Source: a virus
Virus record (IMG/VR): IMGVR_UViG_3300045988_148972
Direction: 5' to 3' (one strand)
DNA: 64,000 nucleotides
The position numbers and the translations under genes were made by a program. How positions within the stretch are numbered: the stretch's first letter is position 1; each line of letters starts with the position of its first letter. Below, piece after piece: positions 54,839 through 63,156 of this stretch. Under the pieces are notes generated by a model. That model was not told where the DNA came from. It saw only the letters and a list, made by a program, of their open reading frames with translations, and did no database searches.

Positions 54839-56665
54839 ATGGCACGACGGAACGACTATGAATCCGCCCGTGAGGAATCACTCCGACGGGCACAGCGTCA
54901 CGCCTCGGCATTGTCGGGCGTGCAGGAAGCGGAGGAGCATGAAACTGCGGCCAACTATATCTACATGAATCCAGCCCAACGTGCGGTGTACAACTACCGA
55001 TGCCGGAATACCACCGTAGAAGCAGGTCGTGGTACAGGTAAAACCGACGGACTGATTACGCCCGAAATGGCCGGTTGCATCCAGTCCATGCCGCGCGGAA
55101 CCGGACTTTTCTTAGGTAACAGTATCAAGCAGCTTTTCACGAAGACCGTACCTAAAACGCTTTACTCGCTGGAGCGAATGACCGGACTGAAGGAGGGAGT
55201 CCATTTCTTCCGTGGACACGCTCCGGCCAAATGCAATTTCAAGGAACCTATCGTAAAGCCGAAGGTGTGGGAAAACTGCATCCATTTCTGGAACGGATTC
55301 GTGTACTACATGATTTCTACCGGAGTGAAGGCTGCTGCCAACGGTATGGACTCGTGCTCCATTATCGGCGACGAGTGCCGTTTTATGCCGGAGGGACTGA
55401 TTAAGGCCGAAATTCTTCCTACGCTTCGCGGTATCAACACCAATCATCCCGGATTCGATGAAAACCTGAATCCGTACTACAAGAGTATATTCTTTGTAAG
55501 CGATGCACCGCTCACCAAGCGGCAGGCATGGCTCCGGAAGCGACGCGACGAGCAGACACCGGAAATAAACCGCAAAATTGCGGAGATGATACGCGAGGCA
55601 CAAGTCTGCCCGGACATCATGCAGTCCCCCAAATACCAGCGTGAGCTGAACAAGCTGCGCTGCCAGGCCAGCATCTACTTCTCTTTTTCCAGCATAGAAA
55701 ACATCGACATTCTGGGCGAACAGTTCATCCGCACCATGCAGAAGGAACTTACCCCCACCATGTTCGACATCTCCATCCGCAACGTCGAGAAGGAAGAAAT
55801 CAACGACGGCTATTATGCCAACTTCGACCCCGACGTGCACTGCTATCTCAGTAACGACGAAGAGCAGCTGGAAGCCGCACAAAAATATAAGAAGCGCACC
55901 ATTACGCAGATATACAACGGCGGGCGTACCCTGCGTGTGGAGTCGGAAAGCATCGACCTGAATGAGCTTTCCAAGGCACAGGACTGCTGCCTGGACACCG
56001 ACATAAAGCCCGGCGAACCGCTGCGCATCGCTTTCGACTACAACGCACACATCAACTGTCTGGTGATAGGGCAGACCGACAGCCGGAGCAACACCGGCGT
56101 GCTGCGCATACTGAACAGCATGACCAACGTAAAGAACACCCGTATCGAGGGACTTTGCAAGATGTTCTGCAAGTATTACGAGCCGCACCGCCTGACCTGC
56201 CGCGACGTGATTTTCTATTACGACGACACCGCCAAGCAGGGAGCCGCATACGCAAGTGAGCGCCACGAAGAAACCCGTTTCTACAACATCGTAAAGAAAG
56301 TGCTTCGCAGTCACGGATGGAACGTCATCGAAATACCAATGGGACGGCCCATGAGCCACAACAAGAAGTACGAGTTCCTTAATGGCTGTTTTGCCGGCAC
56401 GCAGCGCCCGTTCCTTCGCATCAACAAGGAGAACAATGAGTATCTGATTGCTTCCATGGAGAACGCGCGTGTGAAGGAAGGACGCAACGGTTTTGAGAAA
56501 GACAAGAGTCAGGAAAAGAACCGCGTATCGAAGGAGGTGGACGACATCGAGGCAGAATTGAGTACACGTACCGACCTGAGCGACGCATTCGACACGCTGG
56601 TAATCGGAGTGCGTTATTACGGATCGGGCCGCATGATAGGTGTGGGAATGCCGATGTCGGCTTAA
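54839..56665 (+). CDS. terL: Terminase large subunit
   Basis: Walker A-like GRGTGKT and Walker B-like IIGDE. 608 aa, with acidic C-terminal nuclease-region motifs. Confidence 0.8.
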   Translation: MARRNDYESAREESLRRAQRHASALSGVQEAEEHETAANYIYMNPAQRAVYNYRCRNTTVEAGRGTGKTDGLITPEMAGCIQSMPRGTGLFLGNSIKQLFTKTVPKTLYSLERMTGLKEGVHFFRGHAPAKCNFKEPIVKPKVWENCIHFWNGFVYYMISTGVKAAANGMDSCSIIGDECRFMPEGLIKAEILPTLRGINTNHPGFDENLNPYYKSIFFVSDAPLTKRQAWLRKRRDEQTPEINRKIAEMIREAQVCPDIMQSPKYQRELNKLRCQASIYFSFSSIENIDILGEQFIRTMQKELTPTMFDISIRNVEKEEINDGYYANFDPDVHCYLSNDEEQLEAAQKYKKRTITQIYNGGRTLRVESESIDLNELSKAQDCCLDTDIKPGEPLRIAFDYNAHINCLVIGQTDSRSNTGVLRILNSMTNVKNTRIEGLCKMFCKYYEPHRLTCRDVIFYYDDTAKQGAAYASERHEETRFYNIVKKVLRSHGWNVIEIPMGRPMSHNKKYEFLNGCFAGTQRPFLRINKENNEYLIASMENARVKEGRNGFEKDKSQEKNRVSKEVDDIEAELSTRTDLSDAFDTLVIGVRYYGSGRMIGVGMPMSA

Positions 56666-56667
56666 TT

Positions 56668-56702
56668 AAGAATGAAGAATGAAGAATTAAGAATGAGTAA
56701 TG
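56668..56702 (+). repeat. Tandem heptamer tract (AAGAATG-like x5) spanning the next start codon
   Basis: AAGAATG AAGAATG AAGAATT AAGAATG AGTAATG. The last ATG is the start of 56700..57146. Confidence 0.7.
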
Positions 56703-57146
56703 AGTAAGAAGAAGCTGAAATATCAGGACCCGGCCTTGCAGCCACCCAAAGCGCTGATGCAACTGGTGGATGCCTTTACCGACACCTACAAACCGGTGGA
56801 GCGGGAGGAGTATGCCGACGAAGTGTTTACCGTTCGCCGCATCCGTGAATACTTCCAGGCATGGCCCATCCCGAAGATGCCCGACCCTCTTCCTCCGTAT
56901 CTGGTGGAACTGGAGCGCCGGGGCTTCGCCATGCAGACGGCCTACGACGGACATCCCGCCCTGTTCTGCGTGCGCTGGCATGTTGACGAGGAAATCTGCA
57001 CTGCCGAAGAAACGCACGACAAGGAAGCCGAGGTACGCACCGGACTGGTGAGCATGAAAGCCCTCATTGCCCGCCGCATGATGAATCGGCCGGCAGACGA
57101 GGATGAAGAGGAAGAGGACGAATGGGGCGAAGAAGAATATCCCTGA
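56700..57146 (+). CDS. Hypothetical protein with an acidic C-terminus (148 aa)
   Basis: ATG ORF after terL. Confidence 0.6.
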   Translation: MSKKKLKYQDPALQPPKALMQLVDAFTDTYKPVEREEYADEVFTVRRIREYFQAWPIPKMPDPLPPYLVELERRGFAMQTAYDGHPALFCVRWHVDEEICTAEETHDKEAEVRTGLVSMKALIARRMMNRPADEDEEEEDEWGEEEYP

Positions 57147-57278
57147 TAGAAACGATGACCCCCGCCCGCTTCAGGGAAAGACGGACAGGGGTGAAGTGAG
57201 AGTTTTAAAACACAATGCAAATATAAGAAAAATAATTTATAATTGTCAATGATTTTATATTTTCCACCGAAATTTAGC

Positions 57279-57286
57279 TAATTTTG
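57279..57286 (+). promoter_or_regulatory. Bacteroidetes-type -7 box (TAATTTTG)
   Basis: Exact TAnnTTTG, 34 nt upstream of ATG 57320, in an AT-rich spacer. Confidence 0.4.
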
Positions 57287-57319
57287 CGTGTAATGCAACA
57301 ATTTTAATATATTACAGCC

Positions 57320-57751
57320 ATGAAAATGCGCAGACTTATCAAGGCACTTTTCAGCAGGAAGAAGAAAAATGCCGCAGCCATATACCTGTCACGGTTTGAC
57401 ACCATAGATAAAATGATACGTGAAAAACTGATTGGGATAGACGTGAAAGAGTGTTACGTGGCCATCGACCTCTCCGTGCATCTGCTCTACAAGGACGACG
57501 ACCGGAAGTATGCCGCATTCTTCGACACCCTCCGCGCTTTCATCAACTATCATCGCGGGTATATGGACCTTCCCATGCTTCAGCCGGAAGAGTGCATCAA
57601 CTTCTGCGTGAACTTCCGCCGTGAGATACGCTTCGACCTGGAGAAAGAAGAGTTTTACGACGAGCCCCGGGTGGAATACATACCGTGGCTGGTAGGATTC
57701 TGCCAGTCGGGCACCGTGGTTTACGATGTTTTCGAGAAAGGTAAGAAGTGA
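57320..57751 (+). CDS. Hypothetical protein (143 aa)
   Basis: ATG ORF with its own promoter-like box and terminator. Confidence 0.6.
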   Translation: MKMRRLIKALFSRKKKNAAAIYLSRFDTIDKMIREKLIGIDVKECYVAIDLSVHLLYKDDDRKYAAFFDTLRAFINYHRGYMDLPMLQPEECINFCVNFRREIRFDLEKEEFYDEPRVEYIPWLVGFCQSGTVVYDVFEKGKK

Positions 57752-57785
57752 GTTTTCAGGAATGTATGCTTTTAAGCATTGACAG

Positions 57786-57813
57786 ATGTGCCCGGCTGCG
57801 AAGTCGGGCACAT
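57786..57813 (+). terminator. Stem-loop terminator
   Basis: ATGTGCCCGGC-tgcgaa-GTCGGGCACAT (11 bp, one G-U), followed by a T-rich tract. Confidence 0.55.
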
Positions 57814-57827
57814 TTGTTTAAATTTGA

Positions 57828-57835
57828 TAAATTTG
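57828..57835 (+). promoter_or_regulatory. Bacteroidetes-type -7 box (TAAATTTG)
   Basis: Exact TAnnTTTG upstream of ATG 57918. Confidence 0.35.
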
Positions 57836-57917
57836 CAAATGCAGCCGCTCTGCCTTTATACGCGCGAAGGAAGAACACGAATAAACCAACTATTTAAAAC
57901 AAAAAAGGAGGATAAAA

Positions 57918-58211
57918 ATGAAACCTCAATCTAAAACGTACAAGCATGTGATAGACTTGTATTTTGAAAGCGTGCCACACAGCATCCGCACATTCAGCGT
58001 TCATGGAAATACATTAATTTACATTGAATACGAAGATTATCTAAACGAACACCATGTAACGGAAGCCATTCGACGATTATTGGGCACCAGCGTTCTTCTC
58101 AGTATCAAGCGAAACTGTTCCGAGCGGCTTTTCCAGGAAATACAGCAGCGTTACGGCCCATCCATGAGCCAGCTTGAGCTCTGCACTGTGATTTCTGAAT
58201 ACGAAGCCTGA
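57918..58211 (+). CDS. Hypothetical protein, paralog of 61417..61731
   Basis: Shared ..YIEYED...EH.V....LLG...L.S.KR.CS..LF.EI. Confidence 0.6.
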   Translation: MKPQSKTYKHVIDLYFESVPHSIRTFSVHGNTLIYIEYEDYLNEHHVTEAIRRLLGTSVLLSIKRNCSERLFQEIQQRYGPSMSQLELCTVISEYEA

Positions 58212-58218
58212 CGTTTAC

Positions 58219-58252
58219 TCCCCTCCGCATGGTTTTGCGAAGGGGATTTTTT
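58219..58252 (+). terminator. Rho-independent terminator
   Basis: TCCCCTCCGCA / TGCGAAGGGGA stem with one mismatch, then TTTTTT. Confidence 0.65.
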
Positions 58253-58315
58253 GTATTTATTTGTCGAAAATGGGAAATAAAGTTATTTTCGCTGTGAACT
58301 TTAAACTTAACAGTT

Positions 58316-59149
58316 ATGGATAAATTTGTTACTATTGATTTTGAGCACCTGACTCCAAATCATGAAACTGCGTGCGCGGTTGGAATGGTAAAGGTAATCA
58401 ATCAGGTTATCGTGCAGGAATTTTATTCACTTATAAAGCCTGCACCGGATGAAAGAAAAACGCTAAACACCCATGTGCATGGGATAACTGAGGAAATGTG
58501 TGCCAATGCTCCTACATTTGCAGAACTTCTCCCTTTTATGGAATGGTTTACAGAAGGATGTGAAATTGTAGCGCACAATCACGTAACAGAAAAGAGCGTA
58601 CTCGAAAAGGCTTGCCGTTATTACGGGAAAACAGACAGCACATTGTATAAACCTTCATTTATCGACACGTACAATTCCACAGGGAAAAGCCTGGAAGAAT
58701 CTTGCAAAACGGCTGGGATAGAACTTAAAAAGCACCACAACGCGCTGGAGGATGCACGTGCGTGCGCAGAACTTTATATGAAAGTACAGGGTGGAGAAAT
58801 AGTAAAGCCAAACCCTGATGCTGTAAGTGCTATGGGTTATCAGAAAAAAGATTCAAGCCTTTACGAACTTCTTCCGGACGAAAAGCTGCAAAGAACAGAC
58901 ACTCCATTCTATCACAAGCACATCATTACGACAGGAGAATTTCGGTCATACCCCAATAACAGAAATGCGCTTTTAAAGAAACTGCAACTGTTTGGCGCAA
59001 TCAATCTGAAAAGTATAACCAAATCTACAGAATGGGCAATAGTAGGAGAAGGAGCAGGCCCAAGCAAAATGGAAAAGCTAGCACAAATGCCAGAAGTAAG
59101 AATTATCCATGAAGAGGAACTGATGGAAATGCTCCGGAGTTTAGAATGA
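58316..59149 (+). CDS. DnaQ-like 3'-5' exonuclease fused to a C-terminal BRCT domain
   Basis: Exo I TIDFE, Exo II VAHNH, Exo III HHNALEDARA. The C-terminus ..KHIITTGEF....R..L.KKLQLFGA......TKSTEWAIVGEGAGPSKMEKA.. is BRCT-like. Confidence 0.75.
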   Translation: MDKFVTIDFEHLTPNHETACAVGMVKVINQVIVQEFYSLIKPAPDERKTLNTHVHGITEEMCANAPTFAELLPFMEWFTEGCEIVAHNHVTEKSVLEKACRYYGKTDSTLYKPSFIDTYNSTGKSLEESCKTAGIELKKHHNALEDARACAELYMKVQGGEIVKPNPDAVSAMGYQKKDSSLYELLPDEKLQRTDTPFYHKHIITTGEFRSYPNNRNALLKKLQLFGAINLKSITKSTEWAIVGEGAGPSKMEKLAQMPEVRIIHEEELMEMLRSLE

Positions 59150-59200
59150 GTAAGCAGCATGAAAACACTGATATACAATAAATTTAGATTCTAAAGCAAA

Positions 59201-60082
59201 ATGAAAAAGTATGTATTGCTGTTTATTGGAATTTTTATTCTGATACCATCATGCAAGGATAAGAATATGGAAAGCCGTTTGAAGCAACTCACAGAAACAA
59301 ACAAAACTCTTCAGGATTCCATTCGCTATTTAAAAGGAAATTTAAAATCAGCAAATATAGAACTGGAAGGATATAAACTTTCTCCTGAAAAGTTATGTGC
59401 AGGTATTGAGGAACTTCAATCAAAAAATGATACGATAAAATTATCTGATATTCTAAAAAAACTGAAGAAGTATCATCCGGAATCAGACCAAATTAAAACC
59501 GTCGAAAAAGTCATTTCTGAAATAAGAATTGCAGTTCAAAAAAAGGCCGAAGAAGAAAAGAAGAAGCGGATGGCTGCCGTTTCCAAATTAAAGAAAAGGG
59601 TAGATGACGTACAGGGAATAACGTGGTATTATAACCCCTATTTCACGCATTATGATAATGTAAGTGGAACTTCAATTTATATGGGAAAATCTTCTTCTGC
59701 CGTATGGCTTAGACTGAAAATGTCATACGCAGGAGAAAATTGGATATTCTTTAAATCTGCTTATTTATCTTATGACGGTAACACTAAATTCATAGATTTT
59801 GACGAATACAAAGAGAAACATTCCGATAATGATGGCTATGGAGTTTGGGAATGGATTGATATTCCTATGAATAAAGAACTTCTTTCATTTTTGAGGAAAA
59901 TGGCAGATGGGAAAAAAGTAAAAATGCAACTGTTAGGTGAATATGGAGATTTAAGAAACTTATCGTATTCCGAAAAACAAGGTATTAAAGCTGTACTTTT
60001 AGCATACGATGTTTTACGTTCAGATCCAGGCATGACTACTTTTGAAGATATTTTTTCTGATGAAGATTTAGCTACTGAATAA
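59201..60082 (+). CDS. Lipoprotein of unknown function
   Basis: Signal peptide with a lipobox-like Cys (MKKYVLLFIGIFILIPSCKD), a coiled-coil segment, then a globular domain. Confidence 0.7.
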   Translation: MKKYVLLFIGIFILIPSCKDKNMESRLKQLTETNKTLQDSIRYLKGNLKSANIELEGYKLSPEKLCAGIEELQSKNDTIKLSDILKKLKKYHPESDQIKTVEKVISEIRIAVQKKAEEEKKKRMAAVSKLKKRVDDVQGITWYYNPYFTHYDNVSGTSIYMGKSSSAVWLRLKMSYAGENWIFFKSAYLSYDGNTKFIDFDEYKEKHSDNDGYGVWEWIDIPMNKELLSFLRKMADGKKVKMQLLGEYGDLRNLSYSEKQGIKAVLLAYDVLRSDPGMTTFEDIFSDEDLATE

Positions 60083-60217
60083 GGATGTTAATATAATAGA
60101 TTATGAAAAAGTACGATTTTAATGCGATAATCAAATTAATATTGTTACATTTGCCAAGAAATTAAAAGGGAGGAATGATTATTTCTCCCTTTCCGCTTGC
60201 TTTTGTGATATTTGTTG

Positions 60218-60225
60218 TATATTTG
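60218..60225 (+). promoter_or_regulatory. Bacteroidetes-type -7 box (TATATTTG)
   Basis: Exact TAnnTTTG, about 190 nt upstream of ATG 60419. Confidence 0.45.
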
Positions 60226-60228
60226 CAA

Positions 60229-60439
60229 TGCTCAACATATAACATACACAAATTCAGGTCGTGAACTTGCATAAATCGTGCAGGTTATTTTTGTGACCTC
60301 ACTTTTAACATATTAGGTGTTATCGTACCCCCGTGTAAACCTGTAATGGGAATACAGCATTTGTGTAATGTGTTGAGCAACGGGAAAGGCGATAACACTT
60401 TTTTATACATATATTGTTATGCTCAAAAATTACACAAAT
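60229..60439 (+). promoter_or_regulatory. Structured 5' leader with a candidate start-codon sequestering switch
   Basis: The segment 60359..60379 is complementary both to 60229..60253 and to the start-codon region 60420..60439. Confidence 0.45.
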
Positions 60440-61420
60440 CAAATCTTCCAGTACAACGGAAGTCCTATTTCCTTTCAGAAAGGAAGTAGTGTAATGGTTA
60501 ATGCAACTGAAATGGCAAAGCCTTTTGGTAAACGTCCGGCTAAATGGTTAGAACTTCCTTCAACAAAAGAGTTTTTAGCTACATTAGTCACTATCCGAAA
60601 ATCGGACAGTGAATTTGTAAAAACAATTAATGGAGGTACTACCGAAAAAGGGAAAGGCACCTGGATGCACGAAGATGTAGCCCTTGAATTTGCACGCTGG
60701 CTAAGTCCTGCATTTGCCATCTGGTGCAACGACCGTATTAAAGAACTGCTGATGAAAGGAACCGTCAGCACGGGAACCACGCAAACCGACTACGCATGCA
60801 CTGAAAACACTCATGGCAGTGTAGACAATCTTTCCGGACTCCTCACAGAAATAGAAGAAGAGCTTTCCGAATCCATTTCCATGCTTCAGCACAAGAAAGA
60901 CCGTATTTCCTACCTTAAATATCGTCTTGAACGTGAAGAAACCTTGTCGGCAGGAACTACACAAAGCCAGTTTGAGCAGCGCATATCAAGGCTTGAACAG
61001 ATGATACAGAATTATCTTTCAGGCGACAACGGTTCCGTCACGCCTGTAAACAAGAATCCCGAAACTACCACACATCCGTTCTACGCAAAAAAAGAAATTC
61101 CATGCTACACCATCAGTGAAATACGCACCCGCTTCCGCGATGCCATGCTTGTGCGTCAGATGGCCCGCACCATGAGCCGTGAAAACGGGATAGTGGTACG
61201 CACGGCACGCCTTTTCGACTTCCTTCGCCGTGAAGGATGGCTGCTTTCCACACCCGAATGTTACAACGCTCCTTCCGAAGAAAGCACAAAGCGCGGACTG
61301 ATACTGGCCGCACACTCCAGCGCCACCGGTTCCGGAGTGAAATACTACACACCTTACATCACACGCGAGGGATACGAGTTCTTTTCACGCATCATCATGC
61401 AGAAAGGAGGCTACCTATGA
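60419..61420 (+). CDS. KilA-N domain antirepressor-like protein
   Basis: The N-terminus ..VNATEMAKPFGKRPAKWLELPSTKEFL...GTWMHEDVALEFARWLSPAFAIWCNDRI matches the KilA-N pattern. The C-terminal region is KilAC/ANT-like. Confidence 0.7.
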   Translation: MLKNYTNQIFQYNGSPISFQKGSSVMVNATEMAKPFGKRPAKWLELPSTKEFLATLVTIRKSDSEFVKTINGGTTEKGKGTWMHEDVALEFARWLSPAFAIWCNDRIKELLMKGTVSTGTTQTDYACTENTHGSVDNLSGLLTEIEEELSESISMLQHKKDRISYLKYRLEREETLSAGTTQSQFEQRISRLEQMIQNYLSGDNGSVTPVNKNPETTTHPFYAKKEIPCYTISEIRTRFRDAMLVRQMARTMSRENGIVVRTARLFDFLRREGWLLSTPECYNAPSEESTKRGLILAAHSSATGSGVKYYTPYITREGYEFFSRIIMQKGGYL

Positions 61421-61731
61421 AAAAGCGCGAAGCAAGAAAAGCCATAAACGGCTATTTTGGAGAAATAAGACACAGCATTATGTTTGCCAGCACCAGGAAA
61501 GGCGTGCTGGCCTATGTGGAATACGAGGATTTTATGCCCGAACACACTGTGCGCCGTGAGCTGGAAAGCCTGCTCGGCAGCGGTTATCTGGTCAGTGTGA
61601 AACGCGAGTGCTCGCGCTCACTTTTCAAGGAGATTGTGGACTTCCTTTCGTCCGACACGAGCGGGCAGAAAACCCTTCTTATGATGATGGGAAACTACGT
61701 TTCTGCGCACCCCATCCACAATAGCCTGTAG
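61417..61731 (+). CDS. Hypothetical protein, paralog of 57918..58211
   Basis: ATG 61417 overlaps the upstream stop (ATGA). The track ORF start at 61237 lies inside the previous gene. Confidence 0.55.
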   Translation: MKKREARKAINGYFGEIRHSIMFASTRKGVLAYVEYEDFMPEHTVRRELESLLGSGYLVSVKRECSRSLFKEIVDFLSSDTSGQKTLLMMMGNYVSAHPIHNSL

Positions 61732-61805
61732 GGCCTGTCAAAACAAATGCAGCAAACCACTTTAGAGGTTGCTGGCGCACGATTCAAAAGCCAGTTTCAG
61801 AAGTG

Positions 61806-61847
61806 TTTTTTGTCCTTCAAAAACGGTCGGTCTGGGAGGTAATTTAG
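61806..61847 (+). promoter_or_regulatory. Recurrent TTTTTTGTCCTTCA element with a -7-like box TAATTTAG
   Basis: TGTCCTTCA at 61811..61819, then TAATTTAG at 61840..61847 (29 nt offset). ATG at 61895. Confidence 0.5.
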
Positions 61848-61894
61848 AGTTGTCGAAAGACAAGTAATACAAACCTTAAAAACACGATTAAACT

Positions 61895-62377
61895 ATGGCA
61901 ATCGTTTACGAAAAACAGAAAATCACCCTCGGCCTCAAGAAAGACAAGCCGGAGGTTTACCGCATCAAGCCGGTACGTCAGCAACCCGTCACTTTCGACG
62001 ACCTTCTTAATGAAGTGAGTAACTCATGCGGTGTGAACCGTTCGCAGACAAAAGCGGTGCTCGAAGCGCTTATCGACCGTATGATTGTGTTCATGAACTA
62101 CGGCATGCCCGTAAAGCTGGGCGACTTCGGTTCTTTCAAGCCTACCTTCAACTCAAAGACGGGAGCCACTGCCGACGATGTGACAGCCGAAAACGTCACC
62201 CGAAAGAAAATCCTTTTCTATCCCGGCAAGCGTTTCAAGCAGATGCTTGAAGGAATGTCTGTCACTACGATGGAAGATTACGATGAAGAGGAGACAGCCG
62301 GACAGGAACCTGAACCGGGTGGAGGAACCGAGCAGGAAGGAACAGACCCTGACGAGGGAGGTGGCGGATTTACATAA
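61895..62377 (+). CDS. HU/IHF-family histone-like DNA-binding protein with an acidic/Gly-rich tail
   Basis: ..SQTKAVLEALIDRMIVFMNYGMPVKLGDFGSFKPTF.. fits the HU-fold dimerisation and arm region of Bacteroidetes HU-like proteins. Confidence 0.55.
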   Translation: MAIVYEKQKITLGLKKDKPEVYRIKPVRQQPVTFDDLLNEVSNSCGVNRSQTKAVLEALIDRMIVFMNYGMPVKLGDFGSFKPTFNSKTGATADDVTAENVTRKKILFYPGKRFKQMLEGMSVTTMEDYDEEETAGQEPEPGGGTEQEGTDPDEGGGGFT

Positions 62378-62487
62378 AATCTTTCAGTCTTCTTTTTTTT
62401 GTTGAGAGAGGGGTGCCCGTGAGGGTGCCTCTTTTTTTATGTGAAAATGTTTTCTGAAAACTATTTCCATAATAAAGAAAAAAGTCC

Positions 62488-62495
62488 TATATTTG
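62488..62495 (+). promoter_or_regulatory. Bacteroidetes-type -7 box (TATATTTG)
   Basis: Exact TAnnTTTG, 25 nt upstream of ATG 62520. Confidence 0.45.
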
Positions 62496-62519
62496 CATTG
62501 GGAAAAGAAAGATAGCAAA

Positions 62520-62996
62520 ATGGAAACAGAAAAAATTAAGGTATCGGTTAATCAAGGTCTACCGATGATAGCGGAAATGATTAAGTTTAAGTATGTGACA
62601 GACTATATTGGGAAATCAAGTAGTTGGATTTATCATAAAATGAATCATGAAACAACAACAACTACATCCAAGGGATTTTCACAGTCAGATATAGATTTGT
62701 TAAATACAGTTTTTAAGGAAATAGGTGAGAAGCTGTTGTCTACTAGAATCTATAGTGTAGAATCGGATGACATTATAGAGTCTCGTCAGAAAATTGTAGC
62801 TCAAATAAAAGAGTTATCCAAGGTGATATGTATGCCTTACATTTACATCAATAAACTTGGGAAAAATATTACATGGTACAAAAAGAGAATGTCATGTCCT
62901 GAGAAGTATCGTTTTAAGGATGAAGAAATAACTCTTTTCAATATGTCAATAGTAGAAATAGGTAACAAACTTCTATCTATTGAATTAACTCTGTGA
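62520..62996 (+). CDS. Hypothetical protein with two internal HTH-like repeats
   Basis: ATG 62520 (METEKIK) lies after the -7 box; the track start at 62493 is a TTG inside it. The two halves share ..Y....G.....WY.K........F...E...LN....EIG.KLLS. Confidence 0.55.
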   Translation: METEKIKVSVNQGLPMIAEMIKFKYVTDYIGKSSSWIYHKMNHETTTTTSKGFSQSDIDLLNTVFKEIGEKLLSTRIYSVESDDIIESRQKIVAQIKELSKVICMPYIYINKLGKNITWYKKRMSCPEKYRFKDEEITLFNMSIVEIGNKLLSIELTL

Positions 62997-63041
62997 AAAA
63001 TTAAATTTCACACAAAACAGATTATCATAAAAAAGAAATTG

Positions 63042-63049
63042 TATATTTG
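63042..63049 (+). promoter_or_regulatory. Bacteroidetes-type -7 box (TATATTTG)
   Basis: Exact TAnnTTTG, 23 nt upstream of the long hairpin. Confidence 0.45.
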
Positions 63050-63072
63050 TAATGCCCATAAAGAACTATAAG

Positions 63073-63156
63073 TCACATCTTCATGCCGTGTAATCCGTAA
63101 AATCGGATTCAGAGTGGTTCTCTGTGGGCGCACGGCATGAAGATGTGATTTTTTTT
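63073..63156 (+). terminator. Very strong intrinsic terminator/attenuator (perfect 18-bp stem plus U8), possibly the 3' end of a ~100-nt small RNA
   Basis: TCACATCTTCATGCCGTG (63073..63090) pairs perfectly with CACGGCATGAAGATGTGA (63131..63148). A nested AATCCG/CGGATT hairpin sits in the loop. TTTTTTTT at 63149..63156, ending 5 nt before ATG 63162. Confidence 0.7.

Noticed and set aside
55112-56359. 415-aa ORF on the - strand
   Set aside because: It is antisense to the terminase large subunit, which has clear Walker motifs. It is Val/Ala/Gly/His-rich shadow-frame sequence.
62381-62440. Possible terminator after the HU-like gene
   Set aside because: T-runs are present, but the GC-rich segment is mostly a direct repeat (GGGTGCC twice). 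Only about 5 bp can pair, so it is not convincing.
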